From Gekko japonicus (Eukaryota): DNA of 64,000 nt. How positions within the stretch are numbered: position 1 is the stretch's first letter; the number at the start of each line of letters is the position of its first letter. Where the stretch lies: assembly GCF_001447785.1 (NCBI RefSeq), contig NW_015174272.1:728286-792285 (forward strand). Direction: 5' to 3'. Shown piece after piece: positions 25,001 through 36,412 of the stretch. The position numbers were made by a program, and so were the translations under genes. A model generated the notes under the pieces. It did no database searches. It saw nothing but the letters and a program-made list of their open reading frames with translations, and was not told the DNA's origin.

Positions 25001-26454
25001 CCCCTTTCGTCCGTCGGGGCGTTGTCCCCTTCCCCGTTCGGGTTTTCCTCTGGATCTCGCTCACCCGCCGGGGCGGCCCACTCTTGGGCCGCGGCGCCCT
25101 CTTCCTCTTCTTCCGTTGGCCTGGCCGCCGCCAGCGCTTCGACGAAACACGGGGCGTCACGTCCCAGGAGGATCGGGAATGGTAGTCGTCTGACCTTTGC
25201 CATGGGGACCTCCCAGCGTCGCCCGAGATAGGTCAAAGCCCCCATCACGACCGGGCAGCGCTCCTCGTGTCCATGGAAGCAGACCACGGTCGCAGTACGC
25301 ACTACGGGGAGCCACTCGGGAAGAAGGTGTGCCCGTACTAGTGACAGGGAGCTCCCGCTGTCGACCATGGCTTTGACATCGTGCCCTCCTATGCGCACCG
25401 GTAGCAGCCAGGCTGGGGGTCGACGCCCCACGGCCGAGGTCTGGAGAGCCGCCTCGTGTCCCCCGTCGCATTCCATAAGAGGGCAGTCGCGGCGGAGGTG
25501 TCCCCACTGCCCACACGTGAAACACGGGCCTACCCCCCCCGGAGGCCGCGTTCCGGTGCTTGGTTGCTGGGCTCCGGAATCGCCCCGGCCCGGGCCCGTC
25601 TTGCTACCGGTCGGCCCGCCCCAGGGGATGGGCAGGGGCCCCACCACGGGCGCTCCTCGGGCTCCCGAGGTCCTGGCCCGTCCGGGCTTACTTCCGTCGT
25701 CTCCGGGACGGGGCCCTGGCAAGCCCCCGGGCCTACCGGGGTGGTAGCTCCCCCGCCCGGCCTTCGGTGCCTCACCTCGCACACCGTGGTCTCGCCCCTC
25801 GGCCGCCAGGAAGTTTTCCCAGAGTTCCTGGGCCTCGCTCAACTTGACGGGCTTCCAGCAGGTGACCCAGTGTCTCGCCCACGGGGGTAGTATGACCAGT
25901 AGCTGTTCGAGCACTACCAGCTCTACCACCCTTTTTGCGTCGTCGGACGTGGGTGTCAACCATCGAGTGGCTGCGTCCTTGAGGGCGGCGATGACGGCCC
26001 GCGGCCGGGCCGGCGAGGGCAGTTGGTAGGTCCGGAACCGCTGACGGTGCGTCTCAGGGGTGACTTCTAGGCGATCCAAGACAGCGGCCTTCACCTTGTC
26101 ATAATCGGAGGCATCCGCCCGCTCCAACGCCTTGACGGCCGCCTGTGCCTCCCCCGTGAGGTATGGCCCTAGAACGTGGGCCCACTGGGTCCGAGGCCAC
26201 TGTGCCGCTTCTGCCAGACGCTCAAAGGCCTCGAGGTATGCCTCGATCTCGTCTTCGGGGCCGAACTTTGTGAGGGCTGGCCAGGGCCCTCGCCCGGCCA
26301 GGTTCTGCACCCCTCCCTGGGCGGGCCTAGTCGCCATAGCTTGCTGCAGGTCCCGTACCAGGGCGGCTTGCGCCGTCTGTTGTTGGTGCGACAGGTCTCG
26401 CAACAGCTGTGCTTGATGTTCGGCCAGCCATTGGCCGAATTGGGTGAAATCCAT
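21915..26454 (-). CDS. Gag-Pol polyprotein (capsid/SCAN, CCHC knuckle, protease, integrase, RT, RNase H), ~1457 aa if the 22078-22183 gap is collapsed
   Basis: First ATG 26454 (MDFTQF); SCAN-like PETHRQRF...WLTP...ELVVLEQLL; CFTCGQWGHLRRDC; MVDSGS; HDHPWAGH..CRSCDIC, MDFVGP, TDRG, GLVERMN; YIDD at 22993-23004; TDASG..EQEALA..ADYLSR; no internal stops in sequenced bases. Confidence 0.92.
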
Positions 26455-26657
26455 GCCGGATGGCGTGGTGTGCCTCGGGTCGGGCCGTGCCTTTATGGAC
26501 TCCTGACTGGAGTCAGACCCCTCGGATTCCTCTGACGACGGGGAGAGTATTTCCTCCACGGTTGCTGGGGCGCTTCCTCGGCTTGTGCGTTCCCTTGGTG
26601 GAAGCCACCCCGGGGGTACGGGCAGGCGAGGGGTCGGCTTCCCTAGCGGGCCGGGCC

Positions 26658-26675
26658 TGCCCGCATTCTCCACCA
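26658..26675 (-). promoter_or_regulatory. Primer binding site complementary to tRNA-Ala 3' end
   Basis: Minus strand TGGTGGAGAATGCGGGCA, 3 nt inside the LTR; complement TGCCCGCATTCTCCACCA matches the recalled vertebrate tRNA-Ala(AGC) 3' end + CCA. Confidence 0.85.
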
Positions 26676-26678
26676 CGT

Positions 26679-27375
26679 TGTCGGGCTCTGACGCGTCCCG
26701 GGGGGGGCGCCCCCAGAGGCCGTGGCACCGGCGGGCCGTCCCGAGCGAGGAAGCAACGTCCGGAGGTTGGCACGGGAATTTGCGGCAAGCGTGGGACCTC
26801 AGACCGGCAGGGGACGGGGTTGACGTNNNNNNNNNNNNNNNNNNNNNNNNNNNNNNNNNNNNNNNNNNNNNNNNNNNNNNNNNNNNNNNNNNNNNNNNNN
26901 NNNNNNNNNNNNNNNNNNNNNNNNNNNNNNNNNNNNNNNNNNNNNNNNNNNNNNNNNNNNNNNNNNNNNNNNNNNNNNNNNNNNNNNNNNNNNNNNNNNN
27001 NNNNNNNNNNNNNNNNNNNNNNNNNNNNNNNNNNNNNNNNNNNNNNNNNNNNNNNNNNNNNNNNNNNNNNNNNNNNNNNNNNNNNNNNNNNNNNNNNNNN
27101 NNNNNNNNNNNNNNNNNNNNNNNNNNNNNNNGCGGTTTTCGGCCCTCTCCGTCGGCTTCGGCGGCGTCCCCGGGGCTCTCGATGCTTGCGGCCCCTCTCG
27201 GGCTGCGCCGCCCGCTCCGGGCGCGTCCGCCGTTCCGCTCTCCGCTCCTCGCCGCATCCCGGTCTGCCGGTCGGCCGCTGTCTGGTGAGTTGGTGCGGGG
27301 GCCTGGGGTCGGGGGTCCTTCTTTCCCTTGCCGTCCCCCGGGGGTCTCCGGGTCCCGGACATCGGGAACGGGACA
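26679..27375 (-). repeat. 5' LTR (contains N gap)
   Basis: 4 substitutions + 1 G-run indel versus the 3' LTR over ~390 comparable bases. Confidence 0.95.
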
Positions 27376-27691
27376 GTACCCAAATGCATCCCTGTTTCAT
27401 TCCTTTTGCAAGTGGGATGTTCTAGATAAATGGCCCTGGAGCCTCTTACACGTAGGAAATTACTTTCATGCAACATATGAATGAGTATATAAAGTCTTCT
27501 TTCTATTGTGGAGTTCTCAAGCTTTGCCCATAGCCTGTGTCCAGGAATACTGTTAAATGCAATTTTAAAATCAACAAATGGAGCATATAATGCCCCACAG
27601 GGCTTAGAACTGTATTCTCTGCTCAATGGTGCAATCAAGCACTGATCTATAGCTGAGTGACCAGCTCTAAACCCTGTCTATTCCTCCATTA

Positions 27692-28136
27692 GTCCCCGGT
27701 CACACGAGAGGTTTTGGGTTGGGAGAGGGACGGATCGGGGCCGCAGCAAACGGGCACGATCCCACCGCAACATCTGGGAAGCGTTGCGCACCCGTCCCCG
27801 ATCCGGCCCTTCCGCCCAAAACACCGCAGCAAAAATAAACCACCTACCAAGGTGGTTCTTCTGGCAAGGCCGCATCAAGGCCGGCCATGGGATTGCCGGC
27901 GCATCCTTCCGCCAGCGCATCCCCGGCTCCTGGCCAAACTGCGCATGCTCACGCATGCGCAGTTCGGCAGCCTCCCCCTCCCAACCATGGCTTCCTCCCC
28001 AGCATCTGATCGTGCCGGGGAGCAACGGCGCCACGGCTCAGGGGATCCGTGGGATCCCGCCGTGGCGTCTCTATTTTGGTGCGGCTCTGATTAGCCGCAC
28101 TTTGCCCGTTGTTTTTTCTGCCGTGTGGCAGGGACC
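27692..28136. mobile_element. CpG-rich MITE, probably PIF/Harbinger-like
   Basis: TIRs GTCCCCGGTCACACG / CGTGTGGCAGGGAC; TA or YTA duplication; removing it restores the host LINE frame (ESVL.EE.TGFRAG). Confidence 0.7.
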
Positions 28137-28776
28137 TAGTACACTTTCTTGGTCCCTCCAGTCCCAGAGTTTCCAGTATAAATGTCTAGAATAAAGCTTG
28201 GTAACCACACTAAGAAGTCTAATTGGGCAGTAATTCGAAGGGTTGGTCCTTTCTCCTTGTTTGCATATTGGGACAATAATGGCCAGACTCCAATTACTAG
28301 AAATCTGGGCTGACTGGTCAATATGTGTGAAAAACACAGCCAGGATTGGGTTTCATCACAATATTTGATTTGCTCAGTTCTGGGGAGATCATGTCACTTC
28401 TGGGAGCCTTTCCTGCGTTCAGTTGGTTTAATCTTTTAACCTCCAAAACCTGCCTGAGGAAGTCAGGTAGGCTCCCAATCTTCTGGCATTTCACAAACTA
28501 TGTAAAACAGAATTGTTCAGCAGGGCATTTTAATAAAGAGAACAGGATTATATTAAAATGATTCAGGTAGATGCTTTAATAAATTGAACAGAAGGGTGGA
28601 CTATATGTCTGTGTATAGTACATATTATCTGTTGCTTTATGTATTATTTTGCTCTTACTGCCTTGTATTTCTATTCATGCAATACCGTTTTCTTTATTGT
28701 TTAATATGCCATGTTTAATGCTTGTACTTGTTTCAGATTTCTGCTTTGTAGTGGCTGCGTTGACTTACATTGTGTA

Positions 28777-29057
28777 TGTAAAGTACTGGGTTCGCCGCAT
28801 GGAGGACTCGGACGACGACATGCTTTAGCACACATTTATTGTACTTCACTCCAACGAAGACTAACTCTAACGGCCCGACAGGGCCAACCATATACATATC
28901 CACCCAGCACCCCCTATTCCCATTGGAGGGTTTGAATGTGCTGCCAAAGTGGCTATTGGTTGGGGCTGGGGGAACCAGGATCCAAAGTTTCCATTGTTCC
29001 AGGAGCCAAGCTCCTGCATATGACGCGGACCCCTGGTGGCGGTCCACGTACATAACA
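28777..29057 (-). mobile_element. Solo LTR (281 bp)
   Basis: Minus strand TGTTATGTAC...GTACTTTACA, AATAAA near the 3' end, exact 5-bp TSD gtgta. Confidence 0.8.
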
Positions 29058-30311
29058 GTGTAATTCTTCTTGAGTCGCAGTGAGGAAGGCAAACAAACAA
29101 ATGAGACGACCAGTTGAATTTCACCAGCTTCACTAATAAAAGAGCCTTGGGCTAATAACCACCTGCCAAATCTCAGACCTTAGTTTTGAATGGTTACATG
29201 TTGTTTCCTCTATTTCCTTAACTTAGAGACAAGCGAAGCTACTCCATCCTGCCTTGAATGAAACCTGGGAATGGCATGTTCAGGCTTTTGAGGTACCTCC
29301 TTATAGCTCTGGATGTCTTTTATACAGTTCTTGAGAGCAGGCTTCTTCCCAAGCATATGTTTTAATCCACTATGTAGTTACTTCAGATTTATCTGGAGAA
29401 ATACCTTTGGTTCTTAACAAAAAAGAAAACTGCTGATTTGATATTTTACCTTAGACTGCCAGAGAAGGCTTCCACAATGTACTTGGATGAGGAATAACCT
29501 CCTCCATACAATAACATTCTTCCTAACACACTTGACATGTTGACACATAGGCTATAATGGAGAAAAAATTGAAGCTAATGACCTTAGAAGGGTGTAATGT
29601 GTTTAGGAGATCCCTGCTAATGGGTTGCTGAGGGAATATTCACCTCACCGTGTCAAAGGCAGCATGGTGTAGTGGTTTGAGTGTTAGACTAGGTTCTGGG
29701 AAGCCCAGGTCTGAATCCCTGCTCTGCCATGCAAGCTTGGGCCAGTCACATATTTTCAGTCCAATCTACTTCACTTGGTTGTTGTGAGGATAAAATGGAG
29801 GAGAGGAACATAATGTAAGCTGATTTGGGTCCTTATTTGAGGGAAATGGGAAATAAAGAATGAAAGTTACATTTAGAAAACCAGATAAAAACATCTTCAT
29901 CTTTACAAAATAACTCCAAAAATAAACTATTGATGCATGCAGTTTGGTTAGGTTCACTCCTTAAAACGGAGTAGATAAATCCTAGTTTTGAATTCCCTCA
30001 CTGAACAATTAGAAAAAGCTATCCAGTCCCTCACTCAGCTGCTCTTTTGCACTTCCAGCCACTCACCAGGTCGTTAGCTGATTTTACCCACTTGAGAGGG
30101 TATTGTCTTACTAGTAGTCGGAGCAGGCACCTAGCTTTTTGGCCCTGTAGGCCCTTCTTCTCTCCCTCTGGGGATGGCAGAGCTTGCCACGGCCACAAAA
30201 AACTTCACAGGAAGAGAAACACACACTCACACCTCACTCATCTCCCTCATCGATTTCAATTATTTACAGACATGTCCAGTCAACTAGTAGACTTTTACAG
30301 GGTATAATCAT

Positions 30312-30317
30312 TTTATT
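30312..30317 (-). terminator. Candidate polyadenylation signal of the RDH16-like gene
   Basis: AATAAA on the minus strand ~290 nt after the stop codon. Confidence 0.45.
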
Positions 30318-30603
30318 TAAAAGTACTTGATTATGAGTATTATTGTTAATACAAGATCTTTGTTTAGCTTGATAGTATAGTAAAGGGGGGGGGGGGCAGG
30401 CAGTTGCCAACCATAACCCATAGTTTTGGTTATTAGGCAGTATAAAAATGCAGTGGCAATACAATGCTTGTAAAACTGTCACCTCTGACATCAGACACAT
30501 ATCTGCATCCGGTTATTTAAAGGTACACATCCAGTATGAGAGAGAGCAACCTTTTCCTCATACCACCTTTCTTGTCCCCCTACTATTTTCTGCTCTATCC
30601 TCT

Positions 30604-30824
30604 TTATACAGCCCGGACACTTTTAGGCCAAGACCATGTCAGGACAAGGTCCGACAAAACTGTGGGCAGGTAAGAGAGTGGGATGAAGAAGAACTGGGCG
30701 TCCCAGCCCCCAGAATAGCGAGTCCGGGGGTGCTTGGATGTCAAGGCGTGTTCCATGCAGTCAGTGACCAGATACAGGTCAGTAGAGCACTGAGTTACGA
30801 GTGCCTCCTTGAACATCTTGTAAT
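30604..30824 (-). CDS. RDH16-like coding exon 4 and stop
   Basis: VTDCMEHALTSKHPRTRYSGGWDA...LSYLP; four exons total 957 nt = 318 aa + stop. Confidence 0.95.
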
Positions 30825-33438
30825 CTGTGGGGAAGGAAAAGAGAGGGAGTTTGTAATGAGATTTGATGGAACAGGCAATAAGAAGCCCCAGCTTTGAACA
30901 GCTTTAGATCAACAGTAGCAGTTGCTGTCTCAAGCACCTTTCTTTGAAAGGGACACTCTGAATTTGGAGAATTCCTGCCCATTCCCTAAAGTTAAGGAAT
31001 ATATGTGTAGGTGGGGCTGTCCCAAGGCAAAATGGTGGCCAACAAACACACACAGCATGAGGGAGGCCAATGGGCCTGGCTATGGCACAGAGTTAGGTCA
31101 GCCTACTTCTTCCCCACTGCACATATGCCTGTTCTCTTACCTACTGGAAGCAAACCATAGCAAAGGGACAAGGGAATGTTGACATACGGCACACAAGTGT
31201 GGTTCTATCACATACATCAGACCAGCCTTGCAAATAAGCCAATTCAGAGCCAATTCTTATTTACCTCAGGCAACCGGGCTTGCTTGCCACAAAGACTAGC
31301 CTCTGTAGCTATAGACATATCCTTCCTCTGCCCCAACTATACCTTCTCTATAAAATGCCTGCCACAGGAGGGAGGAGACACATAACCTGAAGGAGTATTC
31401 CTCGCCTGCACTGTCTAGCATGTGCAGATGAACACATGAAGCTGCCTTACACTGAGTCAAACCCTTGACGTTACCAAGGCCATAGTGCAATCCTAAGCAG
31501 AGTTACGCCTTTCTAAATCCATTCAAGTCAAAGGGCTTAGAAGGGTGCAACACTGCTGAGGATAGAACTGTAAGAATTAACTGACTGGCAGCAGCTCTCC
31601 ACGATCTCAGGTAAAGGCCTTTCACACTTGTATGCATGTGTCAAGTGCTGTTGAGTCACTTCTGATTCATGGCCACCCTAGGAATTAATGACCTCCGAAA
31701 TATCCTATTGTCTGGGGTAGGGGCCAAGTCCCGGTCTTGCCGAGCCCACTGTGATGGTCCCGGAGTGTACAGGGGACAGCTGGAGTACCCCCCCACACAC
31801 ACACAAGGCACCCCAAGCCTCTCCTGATGCCCGGGATTCACTTCCCAGCAGCATGGGATGAGGGGAGCATGTTAATGGTGACCTCAGCCGCCAATGGAGC
31901 AGGGGAAGTCAGCCAGGAGGCAGAACACTGGGCGGCAGCAGCCTCCAGCAGTACAGCAATGCCGACACCAACTGGAAATCCACCAGAACCTGGGCTGCTT
32001 GGGAGGATGCCTGCAGGACCTATGGGGGGGGTCGGCGTCACCTCTCCCTACGAGTAGCGAGCAAGACAGTGGAGCACAGGCTCCCCCAGGGTGAGCAAGC
32101 AGGGCCTCACAATGTGGTGGGGTATGTGGGCATAGATTCCACTGTGAGGTGGCCCCTGCTCCGCCAACCGATCCCGCTGGGGTGGACTGGCAGCCAGGCC
32201 TTGCTGTGGACTCCAGTACTGTCAGTACCAACCGAACGGGGGAGCAGTACAGAGGCCATGAGAGATGAGCCACCTCAGAAGCAAGGTGGGGTGATGGACC
32301 TGGCCCAGTTCGGGCAGTAGCTGGCAGAACACCAAGCCCAGCTACCGTGGGATGTCATGCAGCAACATGGGAGTCCCAGGCTGCCCTGCTCCAAGACTTT
32401 GGGCAAGTGCTGGAGGCAACAAGGGCCAGGCCCAGCAGGGCAGGGCTGACAACGAGCCGAAGATGGGGCCCATAGTTTCCTTTGACTAAGCTGGGCCCAG
32501 AACATGCTGTTGATGCCTTTTAGGACACCTTCAAGTGGGCAGCTGAAGCAGCCCAGTGGCCAAGGAAGCAGTGGTCCTGTACATTGGGGCCTTACTCGAC
32601 TGAGGAAGCACGTACAAGCCACCCTTAAAGCCCTGGTAAAGGAAGATGCTGCAGACTACAAGCTGCCATCCTGGACCGGTTCAAGATCTCACCAGAAATC
32701 TACCAGCAGAAGTTCAGGATCATACTGTACAAACGGGCTGGGCACCCCCAGGTCCTTATGGCGACCTTGAAAGGCACACCGTGATTCACTGGCTGAAACC
32801 CATCAAAAAGGACAGGAGGTGGATTGTGGACCAGGCTGTGCAGGAGCAGCTGTTGGAGGTCATTCCCCAATGGGCCCAGCAAAGCATGGCCTGTTGCAGG
32901 CTGGTGTACATGAAGGAAGGACTTTCTTGTGGCTGAAAGCCGGGAACAACCCAAGGAGAGCAGCCAGCCTGAGGACAAGGCGGGGGCCCCACAAGAAGGG
33001 CCAAAGAATCCCATGGAGGCAGAGCAAGGATCCTGGCACCGAGGAACCTGGCTCACCCTGGCAGGTCCACCCAGGATGGTCCGGGCCCCTCACAAAGGGA
33101 CTGGGGAGCATGGCCCCTGTGGCTGCACTTTTATAAGGAATACCCCCCTGATATGATAGAATGCAACGTGGGCTCGGATGTGGCCATGTAGGTGACCTCT
33201 CAGGTTCCAACCCCTCGATGACAGTAGTGCCGATCACAGGATAGAGGCTTTCGGCAATGCTGGATCCTGGTTGTTCCATCTCCACGATCAGCATGCAGCT
33301 GCTGCCAGATAATCTACCGGTGGTGCACGCAGCATCTATCATGTGCTTCCATGGCCATGCTGAGCAGTGTCCAATGGTCAGTGTGTTGGTGATGTACCAA
33401 AGAGTCACCTGAGAGGTGGAGCTCACTCGGGCTGAGGC

Positions 33439-33645
33439 CAGTGTTCCCTCTAAGTTGAGTTAGTATGAGCAAGCTCACAGTTTTTTTAGCCTCCGGCTCA
33501 CATGTTTTTGTCTTAGCTCAGGAAGGATGGCTCCAGAGCAAAATAAATTAGGCAGTAGCCAAATCGCTCGCTCACAACTTTAATGCTAGTAGCTCACAAA
33601 GTAGAATTTTTGCTCACAGGACTCCACAGCTTGGAGGGAGCATTG
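33439..33645 (+). mobile_element. hAT MITE family A copy 2
   Basis: TIRs CAGTGTTCCCTCTAAG / CTTGGAGGGAGCATTG; TSD gctgaggc/gttgaggc. Confidence 0.85.
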
Positions 33646-33833
33646 GTTGAGGCCCTCCTGTATCCCATTCTCCTAGGGGGAGGTGCCCCAAATGTCCAGC
33701 GTGACCTGACAGCCCCAGCAGCAGCTGAGGCAATGCTGCAGGAGGACTTGGCAGATGAACCAGTGGAACATAACGGCCAGGATCCACACAACCCCATCCA
33801 CACACACACTGGGGCAGGGACCTGGAATTCCTG

Positions 33834-34556
33834 GGCTACAGTCACACGGGCCGGAAAATGCGGGGTGGAAGCATGGCTGTTTGCCCCGGAGCAAACTAAC
33901 GCGTGGTTGTGCAATCAGACGTCCCCTCAAGGTCCTGTCGAGGTCCCGTGGTTAGGGGGGAGGTGCTGATCACACGATGCGGCAAAGAAGCAGCGCGGCG
34001 CGGCAAACGGGGCTGTGTTTTGTTTTTAAACTGAAGTGTGCGCATGCGCCGTTGGGTGCTTGTGCGCATCCCATGGAGACTTGGAAAAAAACCCTTTTTG
34101 CATGTCGTACCCCACCCCCACCCACGAACCCCCTGCCTGCTCCATGGCCTTTCCCTTGAGTCCCCACATTGTCGTCACACACACACCCCGCACTCGTGCC
34201 TTGCCCAGGAGGTGATGCCAGCGTTGATCATCCCAGGAAGGTGCCGGGGGGGGGGGCTGGCTGGTGCAAAGCTCTTTCTCCCCCTCCCCCACAACGACTC
34301 GTCTGCTCTTCTTTCCTCTTCATCTGAATTGCGCTAGAAGAGAACGGCGCTGCTGGGAAGGGAACTCCGGGGTGGGGTGGGGGGGACACACCTTTTTGCG
34401 AGGGGACATGGGCGGGCGCCGGATGCCACTGGAAACACAATCAGACGCCCACCCTTGCCCCGCGGTTACCGTCTTTGGAGGGAAGCCTCGGGTTCGCCAT
34501 GGGAGCCCTACGCTTCCGTCTCAGTAGCGTGGCTACTGCTCCGTGTGACCGCAGCC
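33834..34556. mobile_element. CpG-rich PIF/Harbinger-like MITE
   Basis: TIRs GGCTACAGTCACACGG / CCGTGTGACCGCAGCC; 3-bp TSD CTG. Confidence 0.75.
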
Positions 34557-35059
34557 CTGGAGCGGCTGCGAGAGGCTATGGTGGTGAGTGAAGGGGTGGC
34601 CTGAGAAGAGTGGCGTAGGAGGCAGCTACCCTGGGTCACAAGGGACGGGTGTGTGTAGCTCCAATTGGTGCAGGGCAAGGGAGCTGAGGTCAAGCACTGC
34701 TAGTGCCCCACAGGTACCGAAAGAAGGTGCTGACCTTCACCCATGACCACCCCTGGGAAGGCCACCACAATATCCTGGCCTGGGTCCTCCTAGTCCACTT
34801 CTTTTGGCCCTCTGTGGCCCAGGATGTTCAGTAGTTTTGTAAGTCATGGTTGATGTGCCAACAGGCCTTGGGCGGACCCCTTCCTCATGCCCTGCTGTCC
34901 CATCATCCAGGCACCATTTGGGCAGAATTGCAATGGATTTTGTGGGGGCCCTACCTTGCACTCCATGTGCCCCCCCAATATTTACTGGTCATCATGGACT
35001 ATGCTACCTGCTACCCAAGGCTATCTCCATCACAACATTAAGACAGCGGGGGTTGCTTG

Positions 35060-35265
35060 CAGTGTTCCCTCTAAGCTGAGTTAGAGTGAGCTAGCTCACA
35101 GTTTTTTAGCCTCCGGCTCACACATCTTTGTCTCCGCTCAGGAAGGATGGCTCCAGAGCAAACTAATTTATGCAGTAGCCAAATTATTTGCTCACAACTT
35201 TAATGCCAGTAGCTCACAAAGTAGAATTTTTGCTCACAAGACTTCACAGCTTAGAGGGAACATTG
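35060..35265 (+). mobile_element. hAT MITE family A copy 3
   Basis: Same TIRs; exact TSD gttgcttg. Confidence 0.9.
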
Positions 35266-35455
35266 GTTGCTTGGGCCTTGTTGCATTTCGTCCCTCATGT
35301 GGGGTTGCCATGAGAGTTCCTGACCGATTGGGAAACCCCATTCACAGCAGCCCCGATGAAGCAAATGTGCCAGACATTGTGGATCCACCAGATTTTCACC
35401 ACTGTCCACCCCCCACCCACCCCCGGATGGACAGGCTGGTGGAAAGATTCAGGAC

Positions 35456-36412
35456 TGTCGTGGACCAGCCAAGCCCAGAAGAGCAAAGAGGCACATAAGA
35501 CTCTTCTGAGGAAGAGGCAGCCAGCAGACCTGACTCCAGCCCACAGCCAGCAGCAGAGCCACTGCAGGAGGAGGCAGTCTCTGAGGGGCCAAACATAGAT
35601 CCTCAGCCAGGTACCACCACAGTGGCCCTTCAGCCTCCCAGCCCTGAGCTGGCAACAGTGTTACGTATTGTGCTTTAGCTTGGATCTCACCTCTATCTAA
35701 GTCTGGTATTGTAAAATGCACGGCCTGATTGGCTACTCTGAGCAGTGGGCCAATCAGGGCATAAGAAAGGTACTGAAGGGAGATGAATTCATTGGTTGTT
35801 ATGATAGTATTCTGATTGGATGTTAACTCAGCCAGGGGCGTGGTTATCTAAGCCCAGATAGTTTAAAAGAGAGCCTGTTGCTCTCCTGTTTGTGTTCGTT
35901 CTTGTCTTGTTCTAATAAAGCTGAATCACTTGTTAATGAGCTGCCTGAAGTCTCGTACTTAACAAACAGAGAGCCAGTTGCCAGTCAGTTCACACACCCC
36001 ATCACCAGGAATGCCATAGGAGGAAGATGAGGAGAGACCTTCAAGACAGAAGGCACAGTTGCCCGCCTAGCAGCATGGCACCGGCCCAGCATCAACAGTG
36101 AGGATGACTACTTGCAGGAGCATGACCGAGGCAGCTGGCATGTGCATAATGCAATAGAGGCTGTTGAGCAGTGTGGTGCTTAAGAGCTACAGGGAAGGGA
36201 GTGGCTGTATAGAAGCAACTTGTCTGATGGTTGCCGACCTTGCTGCCTGTGCTCTGGATTGACTTCTTTGTCTCTGATCCTGACCTGTACCTTTGTATCC
36301 TTGTTCTCAGATTTCCCTTTGGACTAGAAGCTGTATTTTGACACCTGACCGTGGAACTGCTTTACAAACTCTGACACTTAGAAACTGTCTCTTTGGGCCA
36401 GCGATCAGGACA
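35456..36412 (+). mobile_element. Probable old solo LTR splitting the integrase of the degenerate Gmr1 copy
   Basis: TGTC...GACA ends; integrase text stops at RLVERF and resumes at IKTML; layout resembles 39913-40443; TSD only 3/5. Confidence 0.55.
35659..35964 (+). mobile_element. Solo LTR (306 bp)
   Basis: TGTTACGTA...GTACTTAACA, CCAAT boxes, AATAAA, exact 5-bp TSD aacag. Confidence 0.85.

Larger units (their letters stand above)
21380..27375 (-). mobile_element. Full-length Gmr1-like Gypsy LTR retrotransposon with SCAN-domain Gag
   Basis: TGTC...GACA LTRs at both ends, exact 5-bp TSD GTACC (21375-79 / 27376-80), PBS, PPT, single gag-pol ORF in PR-IN-RT-RH order. Confidence 0.95.
19467..28500 (-). 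mobile_element. Degenerate RTE-X-like LINE interrupted by a hAT MITE, the Gypsy element and a Harbinger-like MITE
   Basis: IIVPICKQGERTNPSNY (28071-28337), FVDFKIAF (~27570), LLYADD and KYLG (20962-21379), CxC..ETIDH..LHC (20162-20368), AATAAACTGAA-type tail near 19470. Confidence 0.7.

Noticed and set aside
26658-26675. tRNA-Ala gene
   Set aside because: Only the 3' 18 nt including CCA are present, next to an LTR; this is a PBS.
21350-27484. Many overlapping and antisense ORFs in the Gypsy element, including a stop-free frame through the LTR
   Set aside because: Expected from very high GC content; no recognisable domains.
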